Notes under the pieces: generated by a model
What the model saw: only the letters and a program-made list of their open reading frames with translations
Told to the model about the DNA's origin: nothing
The model's database searches: none
NCBI RefSeq assembly: GCF_004010195.1
Contig: NC_057728.1
Coordinates: 51,775,444 to 51,839,443, forward strand
DNA: 64,000 nt
Direction: 5' to 3'
Source: Chiloscyllium plagiosum
Lineage: Eukaryota
In this document: piece after piece, positions 61,591-64,000 of the stretch
How the letters are laid out: every line of letters begins with the position of its first letter
Position numbering within the stretch: position 1 is the first letter of the stretch
Made by a program: the position numbers and the translations under genes

Positions 61591-62274
61591 AAATGTGACT
61601 TATCACAAAGCTATGCTGGGAGATAAATGGCCGAAATCTTTGTCAAAGAGGTAAGTTTTAAGACTAGCTTTAGAATTTTTGAATATTGAATGTTTCTGAT
61701 TTATAGCATCCACAGTTCTTTTGGTTTTTATACAATATAAAGGAACTGTTTTAAAGTACAGGAAATGTTTATATGTTGGTTCTTTAAAATTACATCCCTG
61801 TATAAGATCCCATTCTTAAGTATGAGTACTTGTTCATAAATCAGGGACCCCTGTACACATTTTAACCTCTTCCTCAACTTGTCTTTCAACCTTCAAACTT
61901 TTGTGTACTCAAATCTCCACCTCTGTTTCTGCGCTCCCTTTTCTTAATATTGCAATATTTAGTTCACATTTCCTGTCCTCATGGTCCTGATCAAAATGGA
62001 TAATGTCACATTATCTGCATTAAATTTTTACTCCCACATGTCTGCCCATTCTGAGTTTATCCCTCTGTATGGTTCTCTTCACTGTTCACTACACTTCCAT
62101 AGGGAGTTAAGTTATCTGCAATCTTTGCAACTTATGTCCCATACACCCACATTCAGCACATTAACAGGAGGTAGAGAAGTTCAGATGGGAAATTCCAGAA
62201 CTTGGTGCCCAGGCAGCTAAAGGAGAGTGATGAAGCAGTGTGCATGAAAACTTGTACTAACGTCCAGTCTTTAC

Positions 62275-62394
62275 CTGAGCTGCCTTCTCCTTTCATTGCT
62301 CTCATTAGTTCATTTGCTCTCTCCTGACAGTGCAGAGATTCCAGGAGATAAAGTACATAGTCATCAAATGTCAGGTGGATTAGGTGAAAGGAAC
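62275..62394 (-). CDS. RFX4: RFX4 coding exon, end of the dimerization region: (G)[39 protein letters not shown]
   Basis: Translation is nearly identical to vertebrate RFX4 as I recall it ([38 protein letters not shown]). Acceptor ttcatctgttccag|, donor |gtaaag, 120 nt, phase 1-1. Upstream exons lie beyond the right edge of the window. Confidence 0.97.
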
Positions 62395-62749
62395 CTGGAA
62401 CAGATGAAAAACATTTACAGAAATATTTATTATGCACCAACATTTAACTTCTGGTGTTTATCACAAAGGGAATTGGGTATAAAAGTAGGAAACTGTTGTT
62501 ACAGTTGTAGAGTACCTTAGTTAGAATGCATATGGAGCATTGTTATTATATCACCTTATGAGGATTTGTTGTCATATTTTTGTTTTAGAATACTTTGAAT
62601 TTTGGGATGCTTCAATATGTTAAAGGTATGATATAAATATGAGTAGTTATTGTTGTAGCATGCCAGAAACGGAATCCATATGGGGTCACTCTGATTTTCT
62701 TGAATCCTATTGGGTTGTTGGGAAACAACTCTATCACTGAAACGCACAT

Positions 62750-63290
62750 CTACTTTATATAGTGCCTTTGACATTTGAAGACTCCCCAGGGCACCTCACA
62801 TGAGCGATGATCAAATACATCAAGTCACATAAAAAGGTATTAGGAAATGTGACCAAAGGTTTAGTCATTGGGGTTTGTCTTAAGAAGTGTCTGAAAAGGG
62901 CAGAGAGAAGAAGAGGGTTAGGGAGGGAATTCTTGAAGTTGGGACTGGGCAGCCAAATGCATATCTGCTGAGGGTACAGCAATGAAAATTAGGAATATGC
63001 AGAATGACTGAATCAGAAGAGTGCAGAAATCGCAGAGAGTTAGAGGTCTGAAGGAGGTGACAGAGATAATGGGCAGTAGAGGACACATGTGACTGTGAGG
63101 CTAGACCATGATTCGAACTTGAGAATGAGAGCTTGGAAATCATGGGGCTGTTACAGTATAGGAAGGTGATGCTGGTCAGAGAGAATAGAGTGGGTGACGG
63201 TGAATGGATCTTGGTGCCAATTAGTATTTGGGAGGCAGAGCTTTGGGTGACCTAACATTTATGGAGAGTTTGGAGAAATACAATTGTACC
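62750..63290 (-). mobile_element. L2-clade LINE 3' fragment
   Basis: HGLA...YLCHLLQ...LRFLHSSDS.ILHIP...AF, typical of the L2 ORF2 C-terminus. Confidence 0.7.
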
Positions 63291-63469
63291 ATAGTCAGGT
63301 GACCTCTCTCTCTGCTGTAAATACCTTTGTGTTCAGTCTATGGGAGGCATTCCATACACCACTTGAAAGATGGTGTCAGAGTGGAGTAGCTGAAAATGAG
63401 TGGATTTTGAGAGCCGTAATGAGTCAGCTACTGAAAGAAACAAGGAAGAAGTAAAAAAATAATAATTAG

Positions 63470-64000
63470 TGAACTTCTCAGAGTGGAAACCATTGTAAAA
63501 AAATTGCCAGTCTATGGACATGGAGCCACAATGGAAGAATCCATGACAGAACATGACCAGAATTTAGTGCAGAGCTTGCCAGATGAAGCTGAACAAGAAA
63601 GACGCAATTGAAGATGCCTGAAGTCGAGTCCCTTCACCTACAAAGTGAGAGCTGTGACAGAAGTACAACAATCAATGGATGTGAAATTGGCACAATAATT
63701 TGTTAGATTTGTGAACAATTTAGAAAAGTTCTTGCCTAATTTATCATCAGAATGTGAGTTTCTATGCAAGCACACTGAATATGGAGTAGTATCGAGTAGC
63801 AAACATGGGCAGCTTTCTCTAGAATCAAACAATCCGTGATGACAGGCAAGGGGAAAACCACCAGGGTCCAACCACCAGTATTGAGGTACTGCCATGTCAA
63901 TGATGAAGTCATTTACAGCGCAATGTAATCGATAGAGGATTTGGAGTAACTCGTATGCAGCAAGGATAACCGGCTGTATTTGCATCCAGAGAGTTAATGC
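63470..64000 (+). mobile_element. Ty3/Gypsy LTR retrotransposon pol relic (end of RT, connection, start of RNase H)
   Basis: Frameshifted VYGHGATMEE..EHDQNL, KLNKK, KVRAVTEVQQSMDVK..Q*FVRFVNNLEKFLPNLSSECE, PVLRY..VNDEV.., GFGVT.MQQG*PAVFASREL. Confidence 0.85.

Overview
Vertebrate genomic DNA, very likely from a shark. The HE1/V-SINE copies with (TAATC)n tails, the Deu-domain SINEs and the CR1 families suggest a bamboo/carpet shark, but this is inference. The one confidently identified gene is the 3' part of RFX4 on the minus strand: five coding exons (62275-62394, 60457-60609, 56114-56273, 52542-52677, 31636-31908) with GT-AG boundaries and matching phases, ending in [15 protein letters not shown], then a repeat-free 3' UTR. 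Most of the rest is decayed mobile DNA: CR1 LINEs (one near full length at about 48.0-52.0 kb), a second CR1/L2-group LINE, L2, Rex1/Babar, several tRNA-SINE families, Penelope-like elements with hammerhead-like motifs, a Tigger-like MITE, a Harbinger Myb/SANT relic and a Gypsy pol relic. The best leads are an unidentified plus-strand exon-like ORF downstream of RFX4, an exact RFX X-box at the left edge, miR-132 and miR-124 seed matches 3' of the RFX4 stop, a young Penelope hairpin with a hammerhead core on both strands, and two local inverted duplications. I cannot support a wholly new biological system from sequence alone. Repeat boundaries are by eye and approximate, and family names come from motif recognition, not database searches.
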